64,000 bases of DNA from Ophelia neglecta (GCA_965285935.1 OZ260665.1:42098001-42162000), one strand, 5' to 3'; shown: positions 26,898-41,800, counted from the stretch's first letter. Program-made: numbers and translations. The notes: generated by a model from the sequence alone, not told the origin.

Positions 26898-28040
26898 TCA
26901 TCCAGGGCGCCACACAATACGATAGTTTTTCCCATAATTGTTGTCCCAGTAGGTAAGTCCATTTACCTGATAGCAGATAGCAAACTCGGCCGAACGTGGG
27001 CCTCTCTTTGCCAGGGTTTTCAGCGGCGGACTTTGGACTGTGAAGGAGAAGGTGTCGTAAACCGGTTGGAGACATCCCGAGGACACGTAGCTTCCCGGGA
27101 TTTCCACGTAGGTCAGCCACTCGTCGTAGGTGCAGCGAGCCGACACGCGTTTCTCATAACTCAGGTTTTTAACTTTCACACTGCAAAACACCTTACTGTC
27201 TTCCACACAAACATTCTCCAAACTAACACACTGAGCATCCAGTCGCCTCTGGAAAGAACTAAAAGACGAACCAGGTTGTTGAAAGCACAAGCTGCATAAG
27301 GTGCTGTTGATCTGTACATTTTTCTCTTTGGGGTCAATGGCAGTTGAAAAGCATTTCCTTGAGACGCTGAAGTCCTCCTCGTCAGAGGACATAGTAGGAG
27401 ACGTTGTTAGTGAGGGGGGTGAAGGTGGAGGTGACAACATCCGACGGCCCATTGCCAGCGGGTAAATGTCTCCGTGTCGACCGCCGAACAACCAGTCGTC
27501 CCAGTCGTCCTCTGAATCTTTCTGTTGATCATCAAAGTCCAATTCTTCCAGTGGGATGAAGTAATAGGAGACCAGCGACATGCCTCGCTCGTCAGCAAAG
27601 CTGACTCGACTTCGTGTTTGGCTTCCAGCGGTCAAAGACAAGTATGACAGGCCATTCGCTATTTCATGTATTTCAAATGTCTTTTCGTTCGATAGGAAGT
27701 CCTCTTCTGGAGGAGTTCCACAAGTGAACGTTGCTTTAATTTTAGTAGTATTTGTATCTTGCGCCTGAGTATTAACTGGTTCAGCACTGTTATCTGTTGG
27801 TGATGTGTACCCCGAGTCCGAATCCCGCCGTCTTCTGTATTCGCTGTTTTGTTGCCGTCGTTGTCGAAAAAGCGACGCGAGGGTGTCTTCGCGTCTCTTC
27901 GACGTAGGGCGTCGAAAAACCAATTCACCGAGGCGCTCTTCATATGTACATTGTTGTAAAACGTTTTTCCCTGTGGCACACTCTTCTTCTTCGGTTGGAG
28001 GTTCTTCGAAAAAAAGATATCTAGCAAAGTCCAGTGACAT
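26898..28040 (-). CDS. PPP1R3: Protein phosphatase 1 regulatory subunit 3 (glycogen-targeting; RVxF + CBM21), ~380 aa, single coding exon
   Basis: PP1-docking RVSFAD (27597-27608) and CBM21 signatures VKVKNLSYEKRV...CTYDEW, DTFSF and EFAICYQVNGLTYWDNNYGKNY. The likely start is MSLDF at 28040. The open frame extends to an acceptor-like site near 28156, so an upstream exon is possible. Confidence 0.92.
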   Translation of the reverse strand: MSLDFARYLFFEEPPTEEEECATGKNVLQQCTYEERLGELVFRRPTSKRREDTLASLFRQRRQQNSEYRRRRDSDSGYTSPTDNSAEPVNTQAQDTNTTKIKATFTCGTPPEEDFLSNEKTFEIHEIANGLSYLSLTAGSQTRSRVSFADERGMSLVSYYFIPLEELDFDDQQKDSEDDWDDWLFGGRHGDIYPLAMGRRMLSPPPSPPSLTTSPTMSSDEEDFSVSRKCFSTAIDPKEKNVQINSTLCSLCFQQPGSSFSSFQRRLDAQCVSLENVCVEDSKVFCSVKVKNLSYEKRVSARCTYDEWLTYVEIPGSYVSSGCLQPVYDTFSFTVQSPPLKTLAKRGPRSAEFAICYQVNGLTYWDNNYGKNYRIVWRPG

Positions 28041-31000
28041 CGTCCCCAGATTAATTTCTCTGTCTATATCAGTGCGACGAGTCGATCTCAATGGTTTATC
28101 TGTAGGAGTTTGTATCTGAAAATTTCTTCGCCCGGAGCGCTTTTTTCTTCTGAACCTGTTTAGACAAATAAACACTTAACCATGAGCTATCAAAGTCAAC
28201 AACGTGCATAAGTTATCAATGTTTTCCTAAATGGGCCTATTGACCTTCCCAATATACAAATGTGATAGCAATACCCCCCCCCCCCCCCATCGTCACTGAG
28301 AGCTATCTCGACGGGCTAACTTGCAGTTAACCTATCCTGTTGGGATATGTCTGATATTTGATGTTTATATGTCTCCTTCACTTTAGACAGCGGCAGGTAA
28401 CATACCGAGATGAATACCCAGCATGTCGATATGGCTTCTGGCTCCCACAAATAGAACATTGGCCTATATTACCATGCAGGATAACTGCCAACCATCGTTT
28501 ACTTGTAGTGTTTGGCTAAGCCGATATCTTTAAGGTGGAATGGATGCTTGCAAATATTATATAGGCCTATAATATCGTCATGACTGGCGTGTGCAGGATT
28601 ATTTGCATAGTCTAGCAGGCAGGACTGTTAACCTCCCAATCGTAAACAAAAGATTAATAATTAATTAATTTTCCATTTAGCGCCTTTAATCGTACCTTTA
28701 TCTCCCCTGGGAGTAAGCTAAAAATCATGAAATCATTGGTTATTACCATAATATTGTGCTAAATGTAATAAGGATACCACATTGCTCCATTTTTACTAAG
28801 CTGTCATTGTTTAATACCCCTCATGGCCTAGGCTTGCCGGCCCTTTATGATAGCCACAAGATATCATTTACCCAATACTATGTTTTCATTGATTTTGATA
28901 TAATAAGCCTATACAGGCGTGCGTGCGCCTTTGCTGTGTCTGGCGTATAATGCAATGTACTGTCAATATACTGTTGGTGTATTACATTGCTATTTGTCCA
29001 TATAGGCCTGGCATTACTATTGCACATATGAAATCATGTAATAATCATATATATTCAATATCACGTACGTTCACAAGCGTCGTGGAAACAATATCCATGA
29101 AATGGTGACATTAAAGTGCTCACAATTTCTATTATTGTCAATCCCTACCTTTTTAAAAGATATGTTCCAAAGTTCACTAAGACTTTACTATCCACACGCT
29201 GTGTATTTACTTGACCTTGGAAACAAGCAAGTGTCCCAAATTTGTGTCTAGGTCAAGTAGGATGTTTTTATAATAGGTGAATGGATTCATGTTGGCAAAC
29301 AAATTGATTCTGTGCCAACTACTATAGTATCCTTAATCATCGGTATATCTTCAACTTGCACGATGAATAATAGTACACAGTGTACTTTTCTTTAAGTTTC
29401 TGGGAACCGAAGCGGATATCACGTCGCTAAGCCTGTACATGAGGACGACTACATCCTACAGGCCTACGTATTACCGTCAATACATCATGTTCATGGCCAT
29501 ATAGCATGTGACTGGTACATGCTACACGTATGAGCTTATGCCTTGAACTTTGAGAACTGTGAGACTGTGTTTTAAATGAACATAGGCTGACCTTAGCTTT
29601 GCGAACGCATTAAGGATATATTCAAAATAATAATAGCCGACCAAAGATTAAGTCACAAAATTTATCCCGACATATAAAGGCCTACAACATCACAGACCAG
29701 CGAATTTGACTTTTAATCATTGAAGTAATTAAAAGTATGCAAGAATGATTATGATTGCTCGTTGGCCAAAGTCTAGGAAGTATTTGTCCTCAGATGACCA
29801 CAAGCCGCTTGTCGGACACGTACGTATTTAAGTTCAAACGAGCCTATATCCTACCTACCTAGCTAGTGATCAGCAGACGAGAACTCTGAACCGGCAAAGA
29901 CTTTCATAAACAGGTCCTCATTCAGCTTCACATCCCTTAGGCTTGACCAGATCACCTGAAAAGTGGAAAGAATATATAGGCCTATAATTTAACTTAACAT
30001 ATCTATACCATGCAGAAAACTAATGAAAATTAAACCCACAAGAGCTATCTAAACCAGACAGAACCTTGGTAAAACATATAGTTATCAAATCATAGTCCTG
30101 ATTAGACACTGATGGTAATACAAAACCCCAATCAGTGTTATAAAGTAGATCGCAAAGAAAATATATAATTACGTTTATAAAATGCTGTCTTTATGAACAG
30201 CTACGTTCCAGATCTGAATCGGGCCGACTCTACCTCCTCGATCACTCCTTACATGCACGTAATCACATTCTTTTAAATTTCAACGCATGCGTAACCCCTC
30301 ACCCCAAAGCTATAATGTACATCGCTATAGGTAGTTAGGAAGCGCACAGCTCGGCCCTGGAGAACAACTTCGAGCGAGCTTAACTTCGGTCTGGCTGCTT
30401 GGTATACTCGGCGAACGTCGAGACTACATTAAGTCACCCAATTTCCAGCCAACCAAGAGCTAGCAACAAATGCCAAAATATTTGCCTGTAAAAATCGGTT
30501 GCAATGCAGCAGGCGCTATGCGATGGACCCTCCCGAATAAATAATTGTACGATATACAGAAGTCGACCAGACCTGATAAAAAAGATAATAAAATTAAAAT
30601 AAGGTCGCGATCACGAGCGTCTTCCTGGCACAAACCCATATTGTCTATTCAGTTATTTGTTTCGACACGACAATCAACCGAGTCGATTTCTTTCTCGAAG
30701 TTTCTTTTGACTGAATGACTTCCGCACAGCTGTGTAAATCACTAGCAGGCTACTTGTACAAAAAATGTCAGAATAGAAACTTTACAAAGATAGAACTAAA
30801 GAAAGAACAGTGCGCGGCGCAAAACATTTATTAACAGAGGTTAATAAAGTTTCCTGAGTGTGATTACCCAGGGAGCCTAGAGCGGGACGGGAGACAGAAA
30901 TTCCCCAATATCACAATTAAAGGTAACCGCTTAGACGAACCAAAATCCGCTATGGTTTATCGCTCTGTTAACAATTTTACGCTCATTTGATGGTTTTGTG

Positions 31001-34000
31001 TAAGCGGTGAAAGCGAATTCCAGCTGTGGTGAAAGTAGGATTCGTGGCTTCCTAATCATCAATATCAGTCACTTAATAAACCCCTATTCCACAACCCATT
31101 CACCCCATGTTTTAGTAGTTATAATTATATATATAATAGTGGTAGGGCCTTTAGGAGTAACACTATCTTAATATTAATCAGGTTATTAAGAAGACAATTA
31201 ATGCTGCTTTTGCCACAGTTTATGCTTTCACCATTTACACAACTACCCTTTGACTGTTCAAGTGATTGTCACTTATTGAGATAGGAGATATTGCTGGGAG
31301 AACATTGCTTGACTGAGTCAAGTTACAGTCAATGCACTCGCATCGTATTTGTCAGAAAGGGATGTGGGCAAAATAGTTTAATAACATATAACGCTCGGCC
31401 TTCAGCCTCTTTTTGGTATGGGCCAAAGTTCCCTGTTACCCTTCCACCGGACCACCACCACCGCCAACCGCACCCGGAGAGAGTACTCGTCCATCAATTT
31501 GATATTCCACTTACAACCGTTGAAAGCGACCTCACATGGTACACATGGTCCAAGGAGTTTGCACTGGTGGTGTGGTGCAAGTGTTGTGGCCGTGCCTCAT
31601 CGTACGAACTGGACCAGATACCCAGGTATCGGCCCAGCTACTGGGCCCAGTTATCGAACCCTCATACCTGGAAACGGGCCATGTCTCGCTGTCTAAATAC
31701 CCCCTCCACGATCAGCAAAGACAGCGAATACTTTGAACTATATATATATATGTAGCTTGGTTACGGTGGCTAGAATTTCCTGCGAGAAAATGCAGGCTAC
31801 AACAACACATTTTGAAAGCATGGGTATGAAGCAGTGACAAGCTTCATATATTAGTTAAAGTGAAAACAGAGGACTTGTTTCTTGATAAATCTCCCTTTAA
31901 TTATCGAGACCTAGGCCTATATAACATTTCATGATCTTTTTCAGTTTGTAAGGAACCTTAGTTGTATCATCACACTGACACTATAAATGATTGGGTAAAA
32001 AAATGCAAGAAAACTCTCCGTTCTTTGACAAAGCCCCTAGCCCCTTTTTCTGCTCACTCCTGTCATAAATAATGAAAGACCCCTTAGTTTATATCACCCT
32101 AGTTCCTGGGGTCCTTGATCTAACATCCTAGACGCCCTGGCGTAGACCCTCGGTCCCGAAGGCCGTAGCTAGACCATCGGTCCAGAACCCCCGGAGGTCA
32201 TAGGCCCTCTATTTTGGGATAATGCAATAATGTTAACACATAAAATCCTAGTTTTAAGATGACATAGTCAGTTGTATTTCAAGTCTGTAAACGAAAAATA
32301 GCAAGCCAAGTCGTTAAATTTCCAATGATTACTGGGAGGGAGGGAGGGAGAGGTGTAATTTTGGTAGCGATTTGTCAACGCCCCCTCCCCTTGTCATAAA
32401 TAATGAACGTTCCCTAACATTGTTTTTCAGCAGGTTTTGCACTTTGGCCGAAGTGTATTTATCTTGAAACTGACGGAAAATTAATGTGTTTTCTAGAGAG
32501 GAGCGCAAGCTATCTGTGTTAATGTATTCAAAACGATACACTGTCTGCGAAACAGGTCGTATCCTATAGAAACTGCTGTTGATCATGTAGCACAAATTAA
32601 GCAGACAATTAATATGCGCCTTGATAGGCCTTTATTTATATGTATAGTATATATATTCCAGAGTTGTCAATATTTCTTTTTTTGTGGCAATTTACACCCT
32701 AAAGTCCCGTTTATAGACAGGAATGTTAATCACGCTTTTCTCAGTTTGGCCATAATTTATTTTAAAATGGCATATATATATCCTGATTTTAATGTGCATG
32801 TGAATTAAGTTATATTGGAACTGTCCACTAAATTTATATATTATATCAACTTTGCATATAGTCAAGAGCAGTTTACATGTAGGTACTTTGTAGACCACTT
32901 AAAACGTGTCTGCCGTCGACCAATTTCTGCGCATTAGTCAAAACTATCAGACAATATAGACATAACGGGCTTTTACAATACAAAGCTAAGGTGCATGGGG
33001 CCGTGTAAACAGACAAACGACGCATGAGTGAAATAGAAATGACATTATTGCATATATGATCTGCTGGCACTGGAATAAATATAAGTTTTAATGTATATCT
33101 TTTCCTCTAGCCTGGGGTATTCCCACTTGTTGATAGAGTTGTGTAGATTGAGTGAATGACAAAGCTATCAGGCTGTTGATATATAGGAGAGTCCAATAAC
33201 TGGATTAGGACCAGTTTGCTCCTATCAGAAGTTCAATTCGTGTCAGTGATAGATAGGCCACGATTAGATCGTTGAATGTATAGGCCTTACATCACGCTGG
33301 ATCTGCAGGGGAGTCGGGGAAGTGTTTATTTACTAAACTAGGCCTATTAATAGGCATATATACATATTTATATATATCGTTGAAATTTTAGGATATAAAT
33401 AAATCATTGTAATTTTCTGGGCCAGAAAGTGGCCAACGCCTAGGTCATTCTTTCATCATGCTTATTCCATTAAACTATTTCTCTCGATCGATCCATATGG
33501 GTATGTAAGGCAAAATAACTTCGACTGTAACCAACTCCTGAACATAGGCAAATGAAGAAAATCGTGCAACGTTAGGCAGCTGTTATTAACCAATATCAAC
33601 CCCGGTTGCACTACAATGTAAAGGTTTGATGCAACAATTAGACACCAAACCCTAAAATATCAATAATATGTTTTCCGAGGCGAACACATTGGTGTGCTTA
33701 ATTTCCTGCCTTCCTATTTGTACCTATATATTTCCTTGCCAATCTCCCTCTCATAAGTCGCTCTAACATTTAATGGAATAAATCTCAACGAATAATTTTT
33801 GTTATATGCCACGAACATTAGGCACATTCTGTTAGTGAGTTTTAATTGCAAACAATGAAAACGTCATCGAGCTAGCATCATGCATTAATCAGCTTTGTGA
33901 ATATAAGCATAAAATAAAGTACAACAGAAGCACACTGTATGTTGCACCTCAAGATCATTTGGCCGTTTAAAGCTGATTAAATAATTCAAGAATTTTCTGA

Positions 34001-35803
34001 TGATTAGCTCCCACTTCCCCCGCCCTTCTCTGTCATGTATAATGACCCCCTTCTTTGGCAACTATAGCCGCCACCATCGATAAGAACCGTTTGACTACCT
34101 ACAAAACAAGCCGTCCTATTTTGAGTTTGCGAGGCCCCCTTGACTTAGTTTCAGATAAAGAGGAAGGTCTATGCGGCGTCACATACCGCAAAGATATAAA
34201 ACACAAACAAAAACATCCGGAGTTTGCAGATAGACCGCGATAACTCGCTCTTCGGCTACACGCTCGTGTGGTGAATAAATATGTTAAGTATGGTAACTAT
34301 TTATCAAATTGTTTTCAATATATCATATAATTTACGAGCAAAGATTATAGAGTAAAAAACCTACAACAATCAGATTTCAACTTGCTGTGACGATCACCAA
34401 GTCATGAATCCAAGCGGTTCCCGGTTTATAATGATGCATTTTTTTCTTCGAAAGAAACAGATCTGAAAACACACTCAATGCAAGATGTTTTATATCATCT
34501 ATGCTGGAGGTTTATCAAGTTATTTGCTAATTTCTAAATTTTTGTGGCCTTTAATCGTGACCTTGAGGCTATGTTAAAATCATGACATTAGTAACACTTT
34601 TAATACAGAAATACATAGTACCGGTATAATATTTTGTAAATGATGACATTTTCGCACGTCCAATTAGTGCAATACAGAGAACAATTACAGAAATAAAGAA
34701 CAATCTAGAATCTAACATAGCCCTAGCGTGACATAATGTATATGATTTATTGCCATCAATGCAATGCACATATAAATAAATATATACATGCAGTTGGGCG
34801 GACGAACTTACGATCGCGCAAAAAAAACTCATTTTCTTTCGATAAGTTAAAACGTCTCATATCTGATTAAGTTTTACTCTACGTGGAAAACCAATATACA
34901 TTGTCGTTTGGTGCAGACATATCTATGTAGATTCGTGTAAAAAGAAACGCACAGATATAAGACAGAACCTCGATTTCATTGTTGTCTCGTTATCAAAAGG
35001 AGATAACGTTCGGCCTGAAACAGGAGTTTTGGCAGGTAGGACGTTCTGGGAGCTTGGCCTACTAGTAGTGCTCAATAAGTGTCCAGATTGTCTGCTCCAA
35101 AATTAAAATCCTAGGGCCTGCTCCACCTCGTCAGAATTGCCAAAATTTCCGGCCACCAAATTATAAGGTTACAGTTCTTATTGATATTGTTTCAGACTAG
35201 GATAATTGAAGCGTTCATTCCGGTTGTTAAGACGCATCTATAGAAAATGATGAAGGAGAGTCTGAAAAGGATTACACTATATATTGTATTTTTTAGTTTG
35301 TTTTGATGTCCAACTTTGCTTTAAAATGTTGCCCTCTTCTTAAATGAAGAGGCACAACTATAACTTTAACAGGCCTATTACCTGAACCGGTCATTGTTAA
35401 AAAAAATCAATTATTGGGTAAAAAAATAAGGGCAGACCATACACAGGCCTGACAAGGGTTTGCATTTTCTTCCTCAAAAAGAGAAAATTGAAGAAACATA
35501 GGTATGATTATACTATCATATATAGCTAAAGGGTAAATACCCACTCCTAGACATACATTTATTTTAGGCATACATACATTGGCCTATAATTTCAAATTTA
35601 TCACACTTAAATATGTGGGCCTACGAGTGCCTTCCAAGTCTATAAGGCTTTACATGTTTATGATATATGTGCAGTGGCAAAGAATCGATACAAATTAGCC
35701 GGTTGTTTTACTGTGTGGTAGATTTTAGTTATTAGCGTGTTAATTTTCTTAATAATCTAGTGTCTCTGGTGGGGTAGAATTTGACAGTGATAGTTAGAAT
35801 TGC

Positions 35804-38800
35804 CTATTTGCTTGTTACGGGATTGCCTATAGAAGATACGTCAACAGTCGAGATGGTTTCAATTTCGGCCAATTCAAATTTGACACCTGGAATATTCAAG
35901 TTGTTTGCCACAGATTCACCAATTGTCGAAACACTAAGAACTGAGACGGCTTCAATTTCATTCAGGACTGTATCTTCAGCAGGACGGATTTTTCTTTTGC
36001 CGTTCCCGTAGCACCTTCCGCTGTCTGTTCGACTATAGCCAAATGCTGAGCGCACGCGCATTCTGGAAGCAGTGCCTTCCGCATCCGTCATAGGCTGGCC
36101 AATCAGGGCTCCGATGGTGGGGTCCCGGATGACGTTGTGCTCACAGAAGTCTGCCCCAAATTTCTCTTCCCATTCATTCATCCGAATCCCAAGTAGCTTG
36201 TGTATAGGCTTCAAACAGAGAAACGGATTTATCATACATGTAATTAATTGAATTAATCCTCATCAACTAGGCCTGCGCCTTGTAGTTGTTGAGTAACTAG
36301 ACCAGTGATTCTTCCGCAATGAATGAGGTTCCCTCTTTTTTGCATAATACATTTTTTTTAATCTCATGACCAGTTACCAGTATTAAACCTGCGATTTTTA
36401 CCCGTTATACTTTTTCTTACTGCCTGGAGATTATCCACCAGTTAACCGTTTATTACCATAATATGTTACGGACAAAACTGCAGGGTTTGGTTTTGCGGAA
36501 CAAACAGGAAAAATTCCCCCAAACTTTGAAAATGCGCAAGGAAGGTTAATTAGGCCTAGATGATAAATCGACATAATTATAACCTCGGAAAGCTCTAGTT
36601 GGTGGGGGTGGGGGTGTAAATGGGGAGACAGTGGATATCATACAGGTTGTGGCTAGGCGTATATTTGAGCTAAGAGGAAGGTCAGTTTACTTAAAGTGGA
36701 CAATATACCAAATATACTCACGTAGAGGAGTAACCAGGTAGTGACCATACTCCAAACGATGATACAAACACAAGCCAGGGCTTGGACACCTAACAAATAA
36801 AAGCCGCCCCCCTTGAACAGGGCGTCCCGACCTCGCGTTATGTCCTGAATTGAGTCCCTTTCGGCGAAAAGTCCAACGGTTAACATTCCCTGTGAAAAGA
36901 AGCAGGTCGACCAAGATAAGATTGGCGTCTTTCTTTCATTTCTTGTCTTCAATATCATGAATATGTAAACATGTGCCAAGCCTTTATTTTGGCAGCCATG
37001 TCTAAGGTTAACTTAGAACATAATGCTATCTTTGCATATATATGAAAATTGGCGGAAATAATATTTGTCAAAAATACTGAACAATTCAAATGTGGCCAAA
37101 ATTGGGTGTTTTTATTTATATTGATATTGAATGCTGATTTCTGATTAAGAAATGACACAACTAGAGCACATGACAAGCCGTAGCACTTGCGTTTACCACA
37201 ATCGTCATAACCCACTAGGAAACATTTCCAAGAAGGGGTGGTAAACCACACTAATGTAGGAAAAATAGGTTCATAGCCCCTTCGATGGGACATAAAACGT
37301 GTCATATTCCGGCCAACGCTGTGAATACGGATTCGATATAAACTAATCTCAGTTAACGTATAGTCTTCAATTTATGTATCAAGAGGCTGGACCACACTGT
37401 CTTTAGAAACTCACCCAGATTCCGCCTATGCCATGGACAGCCACGGCGCCGACTGGGTCATCAATCTTAATTCGATCAAGCACCAGGGGAAACAGACAAC
37501 AGAGGGCGCCACCTATAAATCCGACGATCACAGCCTCCCAGGGATGGATTACGGCACAACCGGCTACACACAGAAAAGAGAACAGAATTATTAGGAGCTA
37601 TTAGGCATGCAGTTTTTCCGTACCAAAAGTCTAGGAATTGGAGGAATTCGTAGAGTTATCGGTTCAAGAGTGTAGGGAGTAACCTCGGATTTAAGTCTCG
37701 CGGAGCCACAGTGGTCCATTTTGGGGCCTTTCGGTACTTTTTATGTAGGAAAGATCTTTTTAGTATTAGGCCTATGTCATTTCATGCAAACAACTTCGTA
37801 GATGGGCCTATCGTTGGGGACATTTTTGAAGACATTTTCAAAGATGTTTAATTATCATATCAGCTCAATTCTAACGTACATCTTAGTATTTTCATTTGGT
37901 TTGAAAGTAATCACTAGACTATTAATTATATGCAGAACGCTGGTTAATGAAGGCAGGTACCCGCTCTTTTAATGAATCGAATATTCACACAGGCAAACAA
38001 TACCAGTTATCTTTGGATAATGTTTCGGCTCTACTGACTAGGCCTTTAGATGTAATATTGCAAGATAGGTTATGCGAAAGTCGGATTAACGCTTAACGTC
38101 GGCTACTGTTAATGTTTATTTCTGATTTAATACATTACGTCCGCGTGTATTTATACTGTAGAACAAGAGTTTATTACCGGTGATGCTAACCAAGGCACCA
38201 AGGACAGAATTGGCGATATCCGAGATGTCGTACTTCCCTTTGTTCCTCAAATAGCTGTAATTACACAAATCAAATTATATCATTTATTTTCAAGTTATAC
38301 TGCTCTGTTTTCTTGTGTCGCTATAAGCCTACTTCATCTGTCAATGTCCAATTCCTATATTATGTTAACATTGAGTTTATTGCTTGTAAAGCGGAGAAGT
38401 TCTCCCGTCTTTGGCTTTTTCGTAAATTGCACAAAACAGACATAAGAGAATTTTTACATTATTATTTAGCTCTTTGGAACAGGTCGAACTGATACACCCA
38501 CCTCAAATAGATTATTATCTAAATTACCTGATGACCATACCGGAAAACCCACCTCCCATCGACGCCATAATTGTGCTGACGGATGCCCTGTTTATAGTGA
38601 AACAAAAGAGAGTAAAATTCTTCTACTGCGGAGGAAGCATAAAAACAATAATTTGATGCGAGAAGGGATAGGTTACAGCGCGGTAAAATTTATCTTGACC
38701 TGTAGTGCATGACTAAAAGAAACATTGTACATTTCTAGGAAATTTTGCCCGGGCGTTAATTAGCAATGTAAATCCAAGGGTGCGGCCATAAAGAAGTTGT

Positions 38801-41800
38801 TCGCAGGGACCTCTAATAAAGGATTATATTACATTTTTTAAAAGAAAAAAAAGTGAACAAAAGCGCTTCTGAAACCTAATTTCAAGTTGTAGGCAACGTT
38901 AAGTGGTTATTTTTGCGTACCAGGGCTGTATAATCACTGAGCACATAATATAAACTTACTTTCCCGCCAACTTCCATTTTCCCTCAGAGATACCGTACGT
39001 ACTTCCGGAGTTAAATGCCAACCATCCCCACCTATAATCAATGCTCATACTTGTTTGACAAATGTGGAACCTGAGATTAAGGCCTACGAGAGACCTATTT
39101 CATGTTGTGGCAAAAACTTTCGCCAAGACTATAGTTTATGACAAGTTCCATTCACTATACTGAAAAATACTGATATTTGAATTTGCAATTCACAGAACAG
39201 AAAACCTTTTAAGTCTAGAAGAGAAATTCCTCAAGGGCTTTGGCACTGTTTCAAATCCAGATGCCTTCATGTGCAAGAATTCATAAATCTTATAGTGTGC
39301 CTTATCTTAAACGTTGCTGTGGTATGAATACACACCTTTTAAGCTACTTAATTATACTTTAACAGTAATTAAGTATGAATTACAGGCCTAGCCTAAGACC
39401 TAATCATTTTTACTACTCAATTTTACACCTTATTTTATTAATTATATGACAAATAAGTTTAGTATATGCATGGAAGTAACAACATAAGGACGTATATAAA
39501 TCTAGAGTATCTCTCGCTATGGTCAAAGTTAGGGTCATGGAGAGTGGGTAATTTTGTACATATTAACAACTACAAATATTGATTTGTCCTGTTGAATGTT
39601 TCATGACAAAAGATGACACATCAAACGACTATCACTCATGATTCTGGGATCAGGTCATTAGGCTAACCCCTGCATCACATCTCGCGTGATGTCCCCCACT
39701 TTCAAGGCAGTTCAAATTCTTGTGAAAACGCAAAAAAAAAATAATTGCAAGTTTGTAATTCGCGACAATGAGGAAAGATATTCTAAGTCTCTGACGTGGT
39801 TGACACAGGTGGGAAAACACGCACGTATGTTGCACATCCAAAATATGAATGCATTTAAACACAATTTCAATAAATAATTGTAATGTAAAGTTTGAAATCA
39901 ACCAGTCAAACGTTAAGTTTTTACAATTTCTAAGGACTACATGAATTCACGTGGGCAACTAAATGAATTGGATAGGCTTTTGTTTCTTTAAGAACCATCA
40001 TGGGCAGCTATGGGTTACTTACCAAAGCATGAATGTACCGATGAGAGTGTTGGTTGGATTTCCAAGCGGGAGGGGGTCCGGCCCATTGTCGTAGCGACCC
40101 GTTCGGGGTTTCAACATCCACGCAGCCATGAGGGCAGATGCACCTCCTAATAAATGAACAGCCCCGCTCCCTGGAAGAATATTTTCAAGTCATAGTTTTA
40201 AAGGTACATGAATTTTTAAATATAATCACAACTTAAGAGCGGGGGAGAGGGTTCTCCTCGGGCAATTGGGCCTTGACATGACATTACATATTGACTCATG
40301 GGCTACATATATACGAAGGCAGGCATCTGCCTTCTAAAGCTTCTTTAGCGAAAAATGTGTTTCTTTCTTACAACCGCTGTTTCAACAGGCCTTTTATAAG
40401 ATTATAAGTTCATGCCTGTTTAAAATCAGATTTCTGTCACTATATAATTCTCAAGATAACACCACGCACCACTCAAATTACTAATGAAAATCCTATAGTG
40501 GAGTTTACCTGCGATGTCGACACAGCCCATGGTGGCGAGAAAGCCGTTGGAGCCCCACACCCAGTGGGCCGGGAAGCAGTAAATCAGGGTGTTAAGAAAA
40601 GAGAACACCATGTACGAGCTGAGCTTGGTACGCTCGGCCATCGCGCCAGAAACGATTGTTGTCGCAGTGGTCGTGAAAGACAACTGTAAAGAGAATCTTA
40701 TAATTAATATCATGCATAGGCGGTTGGTGGAAGCTTACTTAATTAACAGTGAACACATTTTCATTCCACTTGCAATGTTCAGACTGAATAGTCTCTAAGA
40801 AATTGTTTCTAAAGGATTTTTTTTTCAAATAAAGTTCAAATATTTGCAACTAATTAGGGTACCTAATAAAAATGCATTTTGGCAAAACAAATCCTATTGC
40901 AATTTGTTCAAAGTCGAATCTTGTTTCGCTTGGACGATAATCCTAGTTGATACACAGCTCCATTGTTAAGACGGGCCTGTTAACCCAATATCGGGTGGCA
41001 AAATAACTGAAAGAATTCGTATTCTTATGTACGATGAGATGCGATTCTGGTATGCTGGGCCGTGGGTATAAAACAGCCTGCAGTAAGAAGTACAGGCTGT
41101 TCCTATATATGATTTTACATGATATGACCGACAAGTGTTGAAAACCACGTAAAACCCCAAACAACAACAACAACAACATTTATGATTTTACATGGACACA
41201 CTTAAATTAAGACTCGAGAACACTTTAAACTCTCCTTTGATTGACTCTGTTTTACTTAACTTATTTTCGAGCTCGCTTGTCACTTTTATGTCTTAATGAA
41301 TACGGTGCATGTTCATTTAGACTGTTGTCTTTATTTCTAAGTTTCAACAATTGCTCTTACATATAATGTCTGGGCTACATGTTATTTCTTAGTCAAATTT
41401 TTAGATAATTTCTAACTGATGTCAATGATTGTTATTCCAAGTTTGCATATATGTATTGTAGCCGCACCATGCGCAGTTTTACTGTATAACTATACATGTG
41501 CGCTTACAAGACAATAAATTATTATTATTAAATATTATTATACCCTATGTGTAGTAGACGCGTCTTCAAACAATATACCGCGTCAAATATTTAAGAACGT
41601 TGCAAATGAGTGGTAGTTAAGGAATATTAATTAGTCTATACCTGGAAGATAAAACTGCTGTAGAGGACTCCCATCTCCTCGACTCTGTTACTGGTGACAA
41701 ACCAATAGCCGACACCACAGAAAGGGTTGGAGCCGGGGCTAGTTCCAAAACTCAGGCCGTAGCCAAACACCCAGTAGGAGAGGCCTCCGAACACCACATC

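Noticed and set aside
26886-28119. Plus-strand ORFs overlapping PPP1R3 (and similar antisense ORFs over the GPCRs, amt, eIF3L and the RT)
   Set aside because: Shadow frames of real coding sequence, with no independent support.
33885-33980. 12-bp inverted repeat whose right arm (AGATCATTT...AAAGCTGATT) resembles the bantam miRNA
   Set aside because: The seed is altered, there is an internal insertion, and the 72-nt spacer does not form a pre-miRNA hairpin.
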